Shown piece after piece: positions 34,218 to 43,534 of a DNA stretch of 61,427 nt. A program made the translations under genes and the position numbers. Numbering within the stretch: the stretch's first letter is position 1; the number at the start of each line of letters is the position of its first letter. The notes beneath the pieces were generated by a model. The model saw only the letters and a list, made by a program, of their open reading frames with translations, was not told where the DNA came from and made no database searches. This DNA comes from Candidatus Moranbacteria bacterium UBA2206 (lineage in GTDB: Bacteria > Patescibacteriota > Minisyncoccia > Moranbacterales > UBA2206). The stretch is from positions 1 to 61,427 of the forward strand of contig DCUU01000065.1 of assembly GCA_002328565.1 (NCBI GenBank), written 5' to 3'.

Positions 34218-34963
34218 ATGCCAAAAAGAATACGGTTAGTAATGGATTTTGACGGAACCATGGCTGATACATTTCAGCCAAGTCCCAATGAAATCGGGGT
34301 CAGCGAGGCATATTGCCTTGCTGTAGAAGCACTTTTTGGAGAAGATGGCCGAGGCGCTTTTTGTGCAGTGGGTGGTTTAAAAAATCGAGCACCCATTGAA
34401 CTCATTGACGCTCTCCAAAAGCATGGCTTAACCACAGGAAATTTGGAGGATGCGGCTGAAAAACTCGTTTTTGCTAAAATGCAGGTACTGCTTGGCGAAA
34501 TAGGATCAGTATGGCCGCTGCCATGTGAAGGTTACAAGGAATTTAACGCTAAAATTTTCCAGCTTCGTCAAAATGGCACAGATATACACCTAGGAATATT
34601 ATATCCTCTGGACATACGGAATTTATCAAACAAACATTTTCCGTATGGGAAGAGCAGTGGAAAGAGCCGGTTTTTTGGCCGAATGTCATTATATCTGATG
34701 ATAATTTGCGTCACTTGAAATTACCTGTGACTCAAAAAGTCAAGCCATCCCCGCTTTTATTTAATTTACTGAGGGAAAGAATGGGTAAAGGATCGTATTT
34801 TTATTTCGGGGACGATCCCGAAAAAGATGGGAGACTTGCCATAAATTCTGGCATTCCTTTCGGATGGTTCAAAGATGATAAAAACAGCAAGCCTTGCCCT
34901 CCAGACATTTCTCCTTCTTTAATTTTCGATGACTGGAGGAATGTAAAAATTGAAGAATTTTAA
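34218..34963 (+). pseudogene. HAD-superfamily hydrolase interrupted by a single frameshift
   Basis: Motif I DFDGT lies in frame A (34218..34718). Motifs II (ISSGH), III (KPSP) and IV (GDDPEKD) lie in the -1 frame, open from 34553 to 34963. The switch is near 34593-34606. A strong AGGAGG sits upstream. Confidence 0.7.
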
Positions 34964-34970
34964 CTGGATC

Positions 34971-35000
34971 GGGGGGATGAAATTCTCGAATTTCACCCCC
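34971..35000 (+). terminator. GC-rich hairpin after the HAD gene
   Basis: GGGGGATGAAATTC / GAATTTCACCCCC. No T-run follows. Confidence 0.45.
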
Positions 35001-35190
35001 TCACTCAATTATTCACAATCAAGCTACAAAGGCTTTTTTTTATTATTAAAAATATTTTTTTAACTATCATCAAACAAACAACAAAAAATCAAGTTTTTTA
35101 TTACTGAACTTGTTACTTAACAAATTACTTAAACAATCCGCTAACTTTTTCTCTCGAGCAAATAAACTCCTCGCCATTTTTCTTTTTAAA

Positions 35191-35405
35191 TTCAGCCTTG
35201 CGAAACGTACTCTTAAAAAAATTTTCATTTTCCCCACCCCATAAAATAAAGAACTATAAATTTAGATTTTAGAGCGTTAAAAATTTACTCATTCTGTGCC
35301 TAAGGGGAGTTAGTAAATTTAGCGAAAAAATCGAAAATTTATTTCTTTATTTTATTAGGGTGGCCGCTTTCTTTTGTTACTTTTCTTTGAGGCAAAGAAA
35401 AGTAA
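35191..35405. repeat. mosaic structured intergenic repeat, family R (copy R2)
   Basis: Same four modules as R1, with the first two in swapped order. The 12-bp hairpin carries compensatory changes. Confidence 0.8.
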
Positions 35406-35414
35406 GTGGAGAAT

Positions 35415-36668
35415 TTATTCTTTCCTCAAGGCTTCCATTGGTGAAAGTTGCGAAGCTTTCTTGGCTGGAAAATATCCAAAAATTATTCCGGTTCCAGCGG
35501 AGAAACCAAGACCGATCAAAGCTGACCACCAAGTGATGGGAAATTTTAGGGCAAAACCATAACTCACCGCGATTATTTCTCCGATTTTGGAAATTCCAAA
35601 ACCCAGCGCCAGCCCAATGATGCCACCAAGAAGTGTGATGAAAATTGCTTCGAAGAGAAATTGAAAAAGAATTTGCGAATTTTTTGCGCCGATTGCTTTT
35701 TTTAGCCCAATCTCAAATGTTCGCTCCGTCACTGAAACATACATCACATTCATAATTCCCACTCCGCCCACAACAAGCGAAATGGAAGTGAGCGCGATAA
35801 GAAGCAAATTAACGGAGAAAAAAATCTTGTTGAGAATTTCCAAAACTTCCACAATTGAATTGACTGCAAAATCATCATCATCCGGATTTTCAATATCATG
35901 CTCTACGCGAAGCACATCAGTTGCCTGCGCAACAGTTAGATCAAGTTTTCCCATATCTTTTAGTTTGAAAATTGCAAATTGCAAATGATCTATTCCGGCT
36001 AATTTTTTTTGCACTGTACGAAGAGGCACATAAACCGTTTGATCGAAATTGAAAAATCCTGTAGCACCCCGCTCTTTCAAAACTCCGACCACACGATAGG
36101 TTTGACCCTTAATTTTCACATCTTTTCCTACCGCTTCATTTTCGCCAAAAAAATCTTTTTTTGCTTCCGAACCCAAAACTACCACTTGCCGAAGACTCTT
36201 GTCATCATCCTCACTAAACATCACGCCTGATTCTATTTCTGCCTTCTTATCCGCTTCGGAAACCCCCGCAGTTGTTCCCATTATAAATACCTGTTTGTTT
36301 TTATTCTCATAACTAATTACTTGCTGATTCATAATCGCGCCATACCACGCTCCAATATTGGAAAGCTTAGCCACCTCCTCAACGTCTTCTAGCTTCAAGG
36401 TAGTAATCTGCATTCCGCCCATTTGTCCACTGGCATTCTGAGTGGAAGTTTTAGAAACTTTCGGCACTTTGACTTCAATTTGAATTATATCCGACCCAAA
36501 AGAAGAAACTTGATCCACCAGAAATCCTTTAACTCCCGAGCCAAAAGACAAAACTAAAATTACACTCACCACGCCAATCACGATTCCAAGAAGCGACAAA
36601 ACCGTCCGCCCCAAATTATTGCGAAGACTTTTGAAAGCGAGTCTGATTGGAATTATAAAAGTGTACAT
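35415..36668 (-). CDS. ABC transporter permease, MacB/FtsX-like
   Basis: 417 aa: N-terminal TM, large periplasmic domain, three C-terminal TMs. C-terminal ...PAKKASQLSPMEALRKE. Confidence 0.9.
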   Translation of the reverse strand: MYTFIIPIRLAFKSLRNNLGRTVLSLLGIVIGVVSVILVLSFGSGVKGFLVDQVSSFGSDIIQIEVKVPKVSKTSTQNASGQMGGMQITTLKLEDVEEVAKLSNIGAWYGAIMNQQVISYENKNKQVFIMGTTAGVSEADKKAEIESGVMFSEDDDKSLRQVVVLGSEAKKDFFGENEAVGKDVKIKGQTYRVVGVLKERGATGFFNFDQTVYVPLRTVQKKLAGIDHLQFAIFKLKDMGKLDLTVAQATDVLRVEHDIENPDDDDFAVNSIVEVLEILNKIFFSVNLLLIALTSISLVVGGVGIMNVMYVSVTERTFEIGLKKAIGAKNSQILFQFLFEAIFITLLGGIIGLALGFGISKIGEIIAVSYGFALKFPITWWSALIGLGFSAGTGIIFGYFPAKKASQLSPMEALRKE

Positions 36669-36810
36669 AATTTAAATAAGAAAATAGTTAAGAGGAAATT
36701 AGAAAGTAGTTCAAGAAATAAGAAATTGGAAATTAGAATTTGAAATTTTTTCCTCTTTCTATTTTCCTTTTTCTTAAACCAATTTCTCTTTTCTTTTTTA
36801 CTAATTTCAG
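36669..36810. repeat. purine-word arm followed by pyrimidine-word arm (AGAAA/TTTCT spacer, family E)
   Basis: Left half is rich in GAAATTAGAAA-type words; right half is their complement (TTTCCTCTTTCTATTTTCC...). Confidence 0.6.
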
Positions 36811-38058
36811 CTACTCGTATCTCAACGCTTCCATCGGACTAATCCTCGAAGCTTTTCCCGCAGGATAAATTCCAAAAATTATTCCAATTGCAAAGGAAAC
36901 TCCGATAGCGGCGACAATTGATTGCCAAGAAATTATAAACGGCCAAACATATTGCAGGGACTGAATGATAATTGCCGTTAAACCAGAAATCGCAATGCCA
37001 ATGATAATCCCAATCACTCCACCCAAAAAAGAAATGAATACCGATTCAATCAAAAATTGCGTCCAAACGTCGCTGTTTTTTGCGCCCACTGCTTTTCGTA
37101 GCCCCACTTCTCGAATTCTTTGATTAACTGCCAAAAGCATTATGTTCATAATCCCCACTCCGCCCACAATAAGAGAAATTGTCCCAATCGCTAAAAGAAA
37201 ATATCGGAGAACATTTGTAACCTTCGTGACTATCTCCACCGCCGAAGCCATATCGCGCACGGAAAAATCATCATTAGCCGGATCATCGATGTCGTGGCTT
37301 TCTCGAAGCGTTCGAGCAATATTTTCCTTAGCTAAAGAAATGAGACTAGCGTCCCTCACTTTAAGACGAATAAATCCTAAATGATTAATGCCCAAAAGAA
37401 GTTTTTGGGCAGTTTTCAAAGGGACAAAAACTGTGTCATCTTGACTACTGACGCCAAAACCAGATGAGCCTCTTTCTTCCAAAACACCAACAACCGTGAA
37501 ATTTTGATCTTTGATTTTTATAACTTTATTCAGTGGATCATCTCCACCAAAAAGATCTTCCTTCAGATTAAATCCAATCACCGCCACGCGAGACATATTA
37601 GTTTCTTCATCTTCAGAAATAAATCGACCTTCCGCTACTTTGGCATTTTCCACATTAACATAACTGGCGGTCGCTCCCTGAAAAGAAGCATTGAGATTAG
37701 TGCCATCATATTCAGTGGTGGCTGTTCCTAGGACATAACCAGCTCCATCTGTCACTTCCGGCACATCCTTGCCGTTTCGTAAAACTTTCAAATCATCATA
37801 TTTCAAAGTTGTGATAGAAATTCCCATCGCAGTCGCCGGCGGACCATTCTCATCTGACGCACCGGGCAAAACCCCAATTAGATTTGAACCAATACCAGTG
37901 ATTTGATCAAGAATTAATGCTTGCGCCGACTGACCAATCGCCATAATAATAATCACCGATGCCACACCAATAATAATTCCCAAAATCGTCAAAAAAGAGC
38001 GAAACTTCGCCGCTAATAAATATTTTAGGGAAATCTTGATTGAACTAATTAAATTCAT
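36811..38058 (-). CDS. ABC transporter permease, MacB/FtsX-like (second copy)
   Basis: 415 aa with the same architecture. C-terminal ...PAGKASRISPMEALRYE. Confidence 0.9.
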   Translation of the reverse strand: MNLISSIKISLKYLLAAKFRSFLTILGIIIGVASVIIIMAIGQSAQALILDQITGIGSNLIGVLPGASDENGPPATAMGISITTLKYDDLKVLRNGKDVPEVTDGAGYVLGTATTEYDGTNLNASFQGATASYVNVENAKVAEGRFISEDEETNMSRVAVIGFNLKEDLFGGDDPLNKVIKIKDQNFTVVGVLEERGSSGFGVSSQDDTVFVPLKTAQKLLLGINHLGFIRLKVRDASLISLAKENIARTLRESHDIDDPANDDFSVRDMASAVEIVTKVTNVLRYFLLAIGTISLIVGGVGIMNIMLLAVNQRIREVGLRKAVGAKNSDVWTQFLIESVFISFLGGVIGIIIGIAISGLTAIIIQSLQYVWPFIISWQSIVAAIGVSFAIGIIFGIYPAGKASRISPMEALRYE

Positions 38059-38123
38059 AACGGTAGAAATAAGTTAAAAAGAAAGAAGAGAATGGTTCAG
38101 GAAATTAGAAATTAGAAAAAAGA

Positions 38124-38528
38124 TTACTGACGATTATCATGAAAATTTTTCCATGTTTCTTTGAGTTTATAAGCTTGTTTTCCTGATAAAATATACAACT
38201 CTTTCAAATCTTCACATTTAGATATATCGACATAATTATCATAAACATCTATACAAACATCTAGATGATGTTGCATTTCATTTATTTCTCCGATAGCATC
38301 TTCTAGATATTTATTCCAATTTCTTTTTTGATATCTTTTCGCAAAACCCTCCGCCACAAGAGCAGGACATGCTTTGCAACATCTTCTCATTTGATCAACT
38401 AAATCAAATTTTTCTTCCTTTGGTAATTTTAAAATTATTTCTTTTAAAACAACCAGCATAGCTTTGTAAGTATTTTGATATACAAACAAATCTTTATAGC
38501 TATTTATCTTTGGTTTTTGATTTTCCAT
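38124..38528 (-). CDS. four-helix-bundle protein (23S rRNA intervening-sequence protein family)
   Basis: 134 aa: YQNTYKAMLVV, DQMRRCCKACPALVAEGF, EMQHHLDV. Confidence 0.85.
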   Translation of the reverse strand: MENQKPKINSYKDLFVYQNTYKAMLVVLKEIILKLPKEEKFDLVDQMRRCCKACPALVAEGFAKRYQKRNWNKYLEDAIGEINEMQHHLDVCIDVYDNYVDISKCEDLKELYILSGKQAYKLKETWKNFHDNRQ

Positions 38529-38602
38529 TTTTATTTCTATTTTCTTTTTTCTACTTTCCTAAGTTATTTTCCAATTTCTTCTTCACTATTTTCCAACACT
38601 GC

Positions 38603-39340
38603 TTATTTCAAAATTTCCTCCGTCCCATCCGCAATCCTTCTATTTTTAACCTGATCATCGGCGACGATTTCTCCGTCTTTCATATAGATGATTCTTTTGG
38701 CGTGCTCGGCGGTATAGGTTTCATGGGTGACGAGAATAATTGTTCGTCCCTTATTGTTCAAGTCTTGCAAAATTTTCATCACTTGCAATCCAGATTTTGA
38801 ATCTAGATTTCCCGTTGGTTCATCGGCAAAAATAATTTCCGGGTCATTGACCAGCGCGCGCGCAATCGCCACTCTTTGTTTTTCTCCACCAGAGAGTTGA
38901 TTGGAAAGATATTTTTCGCGATGTTCCATTCCAACAGATTCCAAGGCTCGCATCACTTTGTCCCGATTTTTTCCATCTGGTTTCAAATCATAGAGAAGTG
39001 GCAACTCCACATTTTCAAAAACCGAAGTTCGAGGGAGTAGATTGAAAGATTGAAAAACAAATCCAATTTTTTTGTTTCGAATTGATGCCAAAGTATCATC
39101 ATCAAAATCAGCCGTGTCCTTTCCTTCCAAAAAATATTTCCCTTCTGTTGGACGATCAAGTAGCCCCACCACCTGCATCAGAGTTGATTTCCCACTTCCG
39201 CTCGGCCCCATAATCGAAAGAAATTCCCCCTTTTCAAGAGAAAAATTCGCATTGCAAAGCGCCGGTGTTTTCACCCCCTCATTTTCATAAGTTTTGCAAA
39301 GATTTTGAATTTGAATTAAAGACATAGGATTATTTCTCAC
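38603..39340 (-). CDS. ABC transporter ATP-binding protein (MacB/LolD-type)
   Basis: Walker [10 protein letters not shown], signature LSGGEKQR, Walker [13 protein letters not shown]. Confidence 0.93.
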   Translation of the reverse strand: MRNNPMSLIQIQNLCKTYENEGVKTPALCNANFSLEKGEFLSIMGPSGSGKSTLMQVVGLLDRPTEGKYFLEGKDTADFDDDTLASIRNKKIGFVFQSFNLLPRTSVFENVELPLLYDLKPDGKNRDKVMRALESVGMEHREKYLSNQLSGGEKQRVAIARALVNDPEIIFADEPTGNLDSKSGLQVMKILQDLNNKGRTIILVTHETYTAEHAKRIIYMKDGEIVADDQVKNRRIADGTEEILK

Positions 39341-40328
39341 TCGAAAGTATTATAATGTTTTCTCCACCAGTAAGCCCTGAAATAATTTCCACCATTCCCT
39401 CATCGCCTCTTGCGCCGGTTTTCACATTAATTTTCTCCACAACATTTTCTGCTTTCAAAATTTCCACATATTCTTGGTCTCCATCATTTTTCACAGCGCG
39501 ATAGGGAATTGTCACGACACCATCTTTTTGAAAAATATTAATATCCGCGTCAGAGCTCATTCCGATTTTCAATCTTTCGTCTTGTTTAGCCAGTTTTATC
39601 TTAGCTTTATAATAAACCACGTCAGAAATCACAGTTGAAGCCGGCTCAATTTCAAAAATTTCCCCTTCCAACTTTTCATCGCTTGGCAAGGCATCAAAAG
39701 TTATTTCGGCCTTTTGGCCAATTTTTACATCCACAATATCCGATTCTGGAACATCAATTTGAATATATGGTTCACCCAAGCTAGACACAGTCAAAACGGG
39801 GCCATTGGCTGTGATATTTTCTCCCAATTCTGCAATTTTTTTTGTTACTATGCCATCCAGCGGGGAATAAAGAGTTGTCGATTTAATTTGCGTAAGAATG
39901 ATATTCACCGCATCCTGCGCTTTTTTTATTTGCGCTTTTTGTGCACTTCTTTGATCATCGTTATATATATCATCCTCATCCTTCATATGCGAAAGAGTCT
40001 TTTTTTGCACTTCAATTTCATTATTAGCTCGGGATAATTCTTCTAGCAAAGTTCCTTTGTCAATGGTCGCAATTTTTTGTTTGGCTATAACCCGATCCCC
40101 CACATTCACTAACATAGAATCTATTCGTCCGCTTAACTTAAATGACAAATCGGCCTGAATTTCCGGCACAATTTCTCCCGTAGCTGAAACAGTTTTAGCA
40201 ATTGTCCCCACCTTCGCAGTTTCAGTTGTATAAGTTATTTTCTTTGGTTGCGATTTCCAATAATAAACTCCACCAATAATTAGAATTATTAGAACTAGAA
40301 TTATATAGGTTTTTTTCTTTTTGAACAT
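39330..40328 (-). CDS. efflux periplasmic adaptor (HlyD/MacA family)
   Basis: N-terminal TM, a coiled-coil region, then beta-barrel motifs. ATG 40328 is preferred over the ORF start at 40385. Confidence 0.85.
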   Translation of the reverse strand: MFKKKKTYIILVLIILIIGGVYYWKSQPKKITYTTETAKVGTIAKTVSATGEIVPEIQADLSFKLSGRIDSMLVNVGDRVIAKQKIATIDKGTLLEELSRANNEIEVQKKTLSHMKDEDDIYNDDQRSAQKAQIKKAQDAVNIILTQIKSTTLYSPLDGIVTKKIAELGENITANGPVLTVSSLGEPYIQIDVPESDIVDVKIGQKAEITFDALPSDEKLEGEIFEIEPASTVISDVVYYKAKIKLAKQDERLKIGMSSDADINIFQKDGVVTIPYRAVKNDGDQEYVEILKAENVVEKINVKTGARGDEGMVEIISGLTGGENIIILSSEK

Positions 40329-40465
40329 AAGCCTTGCAACAACCAAGGACCAAGCTACAAGATACAAACAATTTTCAATAACCAATTTCTAAATTTCAAA
40401 TTTTGATTATTGTAATTTTAGAATTGTGATTTGTTTGTTTCTTGTTCCTTGTTTCTTGATAATTT

Positions 40466-40897
40466 TTATAACAAACTTTTTTGTTTTTCTTTTGCGTCTA
40501 ACGCTTCGTTCACTAATGCATCCGCCACAGAATTTTTTTCTCTTGGTATATGTATAAATATAACATTTTTGAAGTCTAACATCAAATTCCAAATTTCAAT
40601 GAAATTCTTCTGCACATTTTCATCTTTGATTTTGTACTCATGATTCATTTGCCTGACAATCAGTTCACTGTCCAAATTGCATTCGATTTCATATTGCTTA
40701 GTTTTGTCCTTGCCCAAAAGTTGTTTCAATTTTTTGAGGCCATATATCAAAGCGCTGTATTCCGCCACATTATTGGTAGTCTCGCCAATACACTCACCAT
40801 ATTTTTTGTCCAAAGTTTCCACGTAAATTCCGATTCCCGCTGGTCCTGGGTTACCCCGCGACCCACCATCGGTAAACATCACGATTTTTTCTGACAT
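40466..40897 (-). CDS. rnhA: ribonuclease HI
   Basis: TDGGSRGNPGPAGIG, NNVAEYSALIYGL, DSELIV, NSVADALVN. Confidence 0.85.
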   Translation of the reverse strand: MSEKIVMFTDGGSRGNPGPAGIGIYVETLDKKYGECIGETTNNVAEYSALIYGLKKLKQLLGKDKTKQYEIECNLDSELIVRQMNHEYKIKDENVQKNFIEIWNLMLDFKNVIFIHIPREKNSVADALVNEALDAKEKQKSLL

Positions 40898-40953
40898 AAT
40901 TTTATTTATTAATAATTTTTTCTAAATTATCCTACCCCCCTCCCCTAGAGATT

Positions 40954-41090
40954 AAGGTTTTATTTTGTAAAAAATTCCTGTTTGAAAAGCTTAATTTTGT
41001 CTAAAAATTTTCTTTGCCTGCCGTTGATTGAGGAAAATTTTTAGCTACAAAATTAGGCTTTGAGTTAATTTTTTTCAAAATAAAATCTTA
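40954..41090. repeat. long imperfect palindrome, family P1 (second copy)
   Basis: Arms AAGGTTTTATTTTGTAAAAAATT / AATTTTTTTCAAAATAAAATCTT. Inner stem CTAAAAATTTTC / GAAAATTTTTAG around a GC-rich loop. Shares modules with 3216..3399. Confidence 0.7.
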
Positions 41091-42806
41091 ATCGACCCTC
41101 CTCAAATCAATCAAATTCAACTGTATTTTTTTATTCCCACTCCATTCGTCTTCTTGAATATTAAAAACCATCTCTATTTTATCATCCTTTTTCAAATCAG
41201 GAAATTTTGTCGCCAAAGAAAATCCAATCGCGTCAAAAATTTTCGGACTACCGGAAGTGCTCATCAAAGAAAGTTTCCAGTGCTTACTTCCATTACCGAC
41301 AATTTTCAAATCACTAATGACCACATTTTTTGCCAAAAAAACTGGAACTTCATTGCCAATGCCAAATGGCTCCATTTTCTTTAGCTCGGCCACAAATTCC
41401 CAATTGATATCATCCAGTGTTATCTCGCAATCAACGTCCAAAACTGGCACAATTTCTTTGCCAGCCAGTTCTTCCTCGATGAGTTGAGACATTTTTTCAT
41501 AAAATTTTTCAATATTTTCCGGCTTAACCGTCACACCTGCCGCTTGCGAATGTCCGCCAAATCTTTCCAGTAACTCGGAACATTTTCCCAGTGTCTCGAT
41601 GATATTTATCTCTGGAATACTGCGAAGCGATCCGACAAATTCAGTTTCTTGGCGTTGCAAAACAATAGTTGGTTTTTGAAATTCATCAGCGATTTTTCCC
41701 GCTACGAGTCCCAAAATTCCCACCGGCCAATGCGGGCTCTCGGCAAAAATAAATTTCTTGTCTTTGAAAGAATTGGTTGCCAAGACTTGAATTTCTCGAA
41801 AAATTTCCGCGGTTATTTTTTGTCTTTTTTGATTGTTACTCTCCACTTCCAATGCCATGTCACGTGCCATCACCGAATTTTTTTCAATGAGCAAATTATA
41901 AGCCACATTGGCATGATCCATTCTGCCGGCCGCATTGATTCTGGGCGCAACTTGAAAAGCCACCTTATGCGCATCAGGAATATTATTCTCCGAAATATCA
42001 ATTCTTCCCACCTTAAACATTTCCAAAAATCCCACTCTTTTTGTTTTTGAAAGCACAATTAGTCCATATTTTGCCAGCACTCTATTTTCACCAAGCAGTG
42101 GCACACAATCCGCAATTGTCCCGAGCGCTACAAGATCCAGTGCCCATTTCAATTGTTCCTGTTTTTCCGGCGCTTGTTTTTGACACAGGGCCTGCGCTAA
42201 TTTGAAAGCCACACCCACCCCAGCTAATGACTTGAACGGAAAACCAGAATCTGGGATGTTCGGATTTATAAGCGCATAAGCTTGTGGCAGAATTTCCGGC
42301 GCGTGATGATGATCAGTGATGATCACATCAATTCCCATTTCTTTGGCCTTTTCCACTTCGACGATATTAGTTATCCCACAATCAACCGTGATAATTAGCG
42401 TTATTTTTTTCTCACTCAAATATTCCACCGCTTTTTCATTCATACCATAACCTTCCAATTGACGGTCAGGGATATAGCAAGTAATTTTTTTCAATCCTAA
42501 ATTTGTCAAAGTTTCAAAAAGCACAGCCGAGGATGAAACGCCATCCGCGTCATAATCGCCAAAAATAGCCACGCTTTCTTGATTTTCAATGGCCTTGGAA
42601 ATTCTTCCCACTGCTTTTTCCATATCAGTAATTTTGAAAGGATCGCTTAAATCTTTTTCATAATCAAAATTGAAATATTTTTCAATTTCTTCTGGCGTTT
42701 CCAATCCGCGATTTTTGAGAAGTTGCAAAATAATTGGACCATATTTTTCCAATAGCTCACCCGAAAAATTACTCTCCTTATTATTCTTTATTTCCCAATT
42801 TGTCAT
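41088..42806 (-). CDS. recJ: single-stranded-DNA-specific exonuclease RecJ
   Basis: DHH family motifs (GDYDADGV, ITDHHH) and DHHA1 (GGHSQAAG). Confidence 0.93.
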   Translation of the reverse strand: MTNWEIKNNKESNFSGELLEKYGPIILQLLKNRGLETPEEIEKYFNFDYEKDLSDPFKITDMEKAVGRISKAIENQESVAIFGDYDADGVSSSAVLFETLTNLGLKKITCYIPDRQLEGYGMNEKAVEYLSEKKITLIITVDCGITNIVEVEKAKEMGIDVIITDHHHAPEILPQAYALINPNIPDSGFPFKSLAGVGVAFKLAQALCQKQAPEKQEQLKWALDLVALGTIADCVPLLGENRVLAKYGLIVLSKTKRVGFLEMFKVGRIDISENNIPDAHKVAFQVAPRINAAGRMDHANVAYNLLIEKNSVMARDMALEVESNNQKRQKITAEIFREIQVLATNSFKDKKFIFAESPHWPVGILGLVAGKIADEFQKPTIVLQRQETEFVGSLRSIPEINIIETLGKCSELLERFGGHSQAAGVTVKPENIEKFYEKMSQLIEEELAGKEIVPVLDVDCEITLDDINWEFVAELKKMEPFGIGNEVPVFLAKNVVISDLKIVGNGSKHWKLSLMSTSGSPKIFDAIGFSLATKFPDLKKDDKIEMVFNIQEDEWSGNKKIQLNLIDLRRVD

Positions 42807-42822
42807 AATTTCATTTTAACAA

Positions 42823-42847
42823 AATTAGGGGATAATTTCCCCTAATT
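42823..42847 (-). terminator. hairpin between the response regulator gene and recJ
   Basis: AATTAGGGGA-taatt-TCCCCTAATT (10-bp stem), followed by TTGTT on the minus strand. Confidence 0.5.
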
Positions 42848-42900
42848 ATTATCATTTTTTTTGTAAATTCGTACTTTCGCTCAATTCGTATTTTCGTAAA

Positions 42901-43461
42901 TTACCCACACTTAGGACAAACAAATTTCGCCTTAAATTCTTTTTTACTTGCATCAAGAATCTCCAGATTCATAGTCATCTCTCCTGCGCAATTAGGACAA
43001 ACAAAATTTTCACCATATCCAAAATCTTTTGATAATCTTGGCGCATCCATTTCAATTGTATTAAATTTCACTCGATAAGCTCCGTTGCCAAAGATATTTC
43101 GTACCAACTCAAGTACTTGTTTTGGCGTCACCATACCTTGCACGATAAAATTTCGTATCCCCAACTCTTGAGCTTTTATCCTATCCTCTTCTCGCCCCAT
43201 ATGTGACAACATCATCACCGGAATACTAGAAGTATTAACATTTTTTGCTAATGATTCCTTAAGTGAAAATCCATCCATTCTTGGCATAATAATCCCCGTG
43301 AAGATAATGTCTGGGATTTCTTTAGTCGCCTTATCCATTCCATCTAATCCATCCACCGCCTCACTCACTTCAAAACCAACTTGTCGAAAAATATCCGCAT
43401 AAGTTCCGCGCACTATTTCATCATCATCAACAATCAAAATCTTTATTTTTTTATCTTCCAT
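42901..43461 (-). CDS. response regulator receiver domain with C-terminal zinc ribbon
   Basis: ILIVDDD ... MPRMDG receiver motifs. C-terminal CPNC-x22-CPKC. Confidence 0.85.
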   Translation of the reverse strand: MEDKKIKILIVDDDEIVRGTYADIFRQVGFEVSEAVDGLDGMDKATKEIPDIIFTGIIMPRMDGFSLKESLAKNVNTSSIPVMMLSHMGREEDRIKAQELGIRNFIVQGMVTPKQVLELVRNIFGNGAYRVKFNTIEMDAPRLSKDFGYGENFVCPNCAGEMTMNLEILDASKKEFKAKFVCPKCG

Positions 43462-43534
43462 ATAATTTATTTAGTTTATTATTTTTATTATTCGCAATTC
43501 GCAACATTCGCATATATTCGCAGATTAGCATCGC

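Noticed and set aside
36669-36810. Possible CRISPR arrays among the word-repeat spacers (12301-12346, 16104-16234, 36669-36810, 11523-11615)
   Set aside because: The repeats are 6-8 nt degenerate words, not 24-40 nt direct repeats separated by unique spacers of constant length. No cas genes are present in the window.
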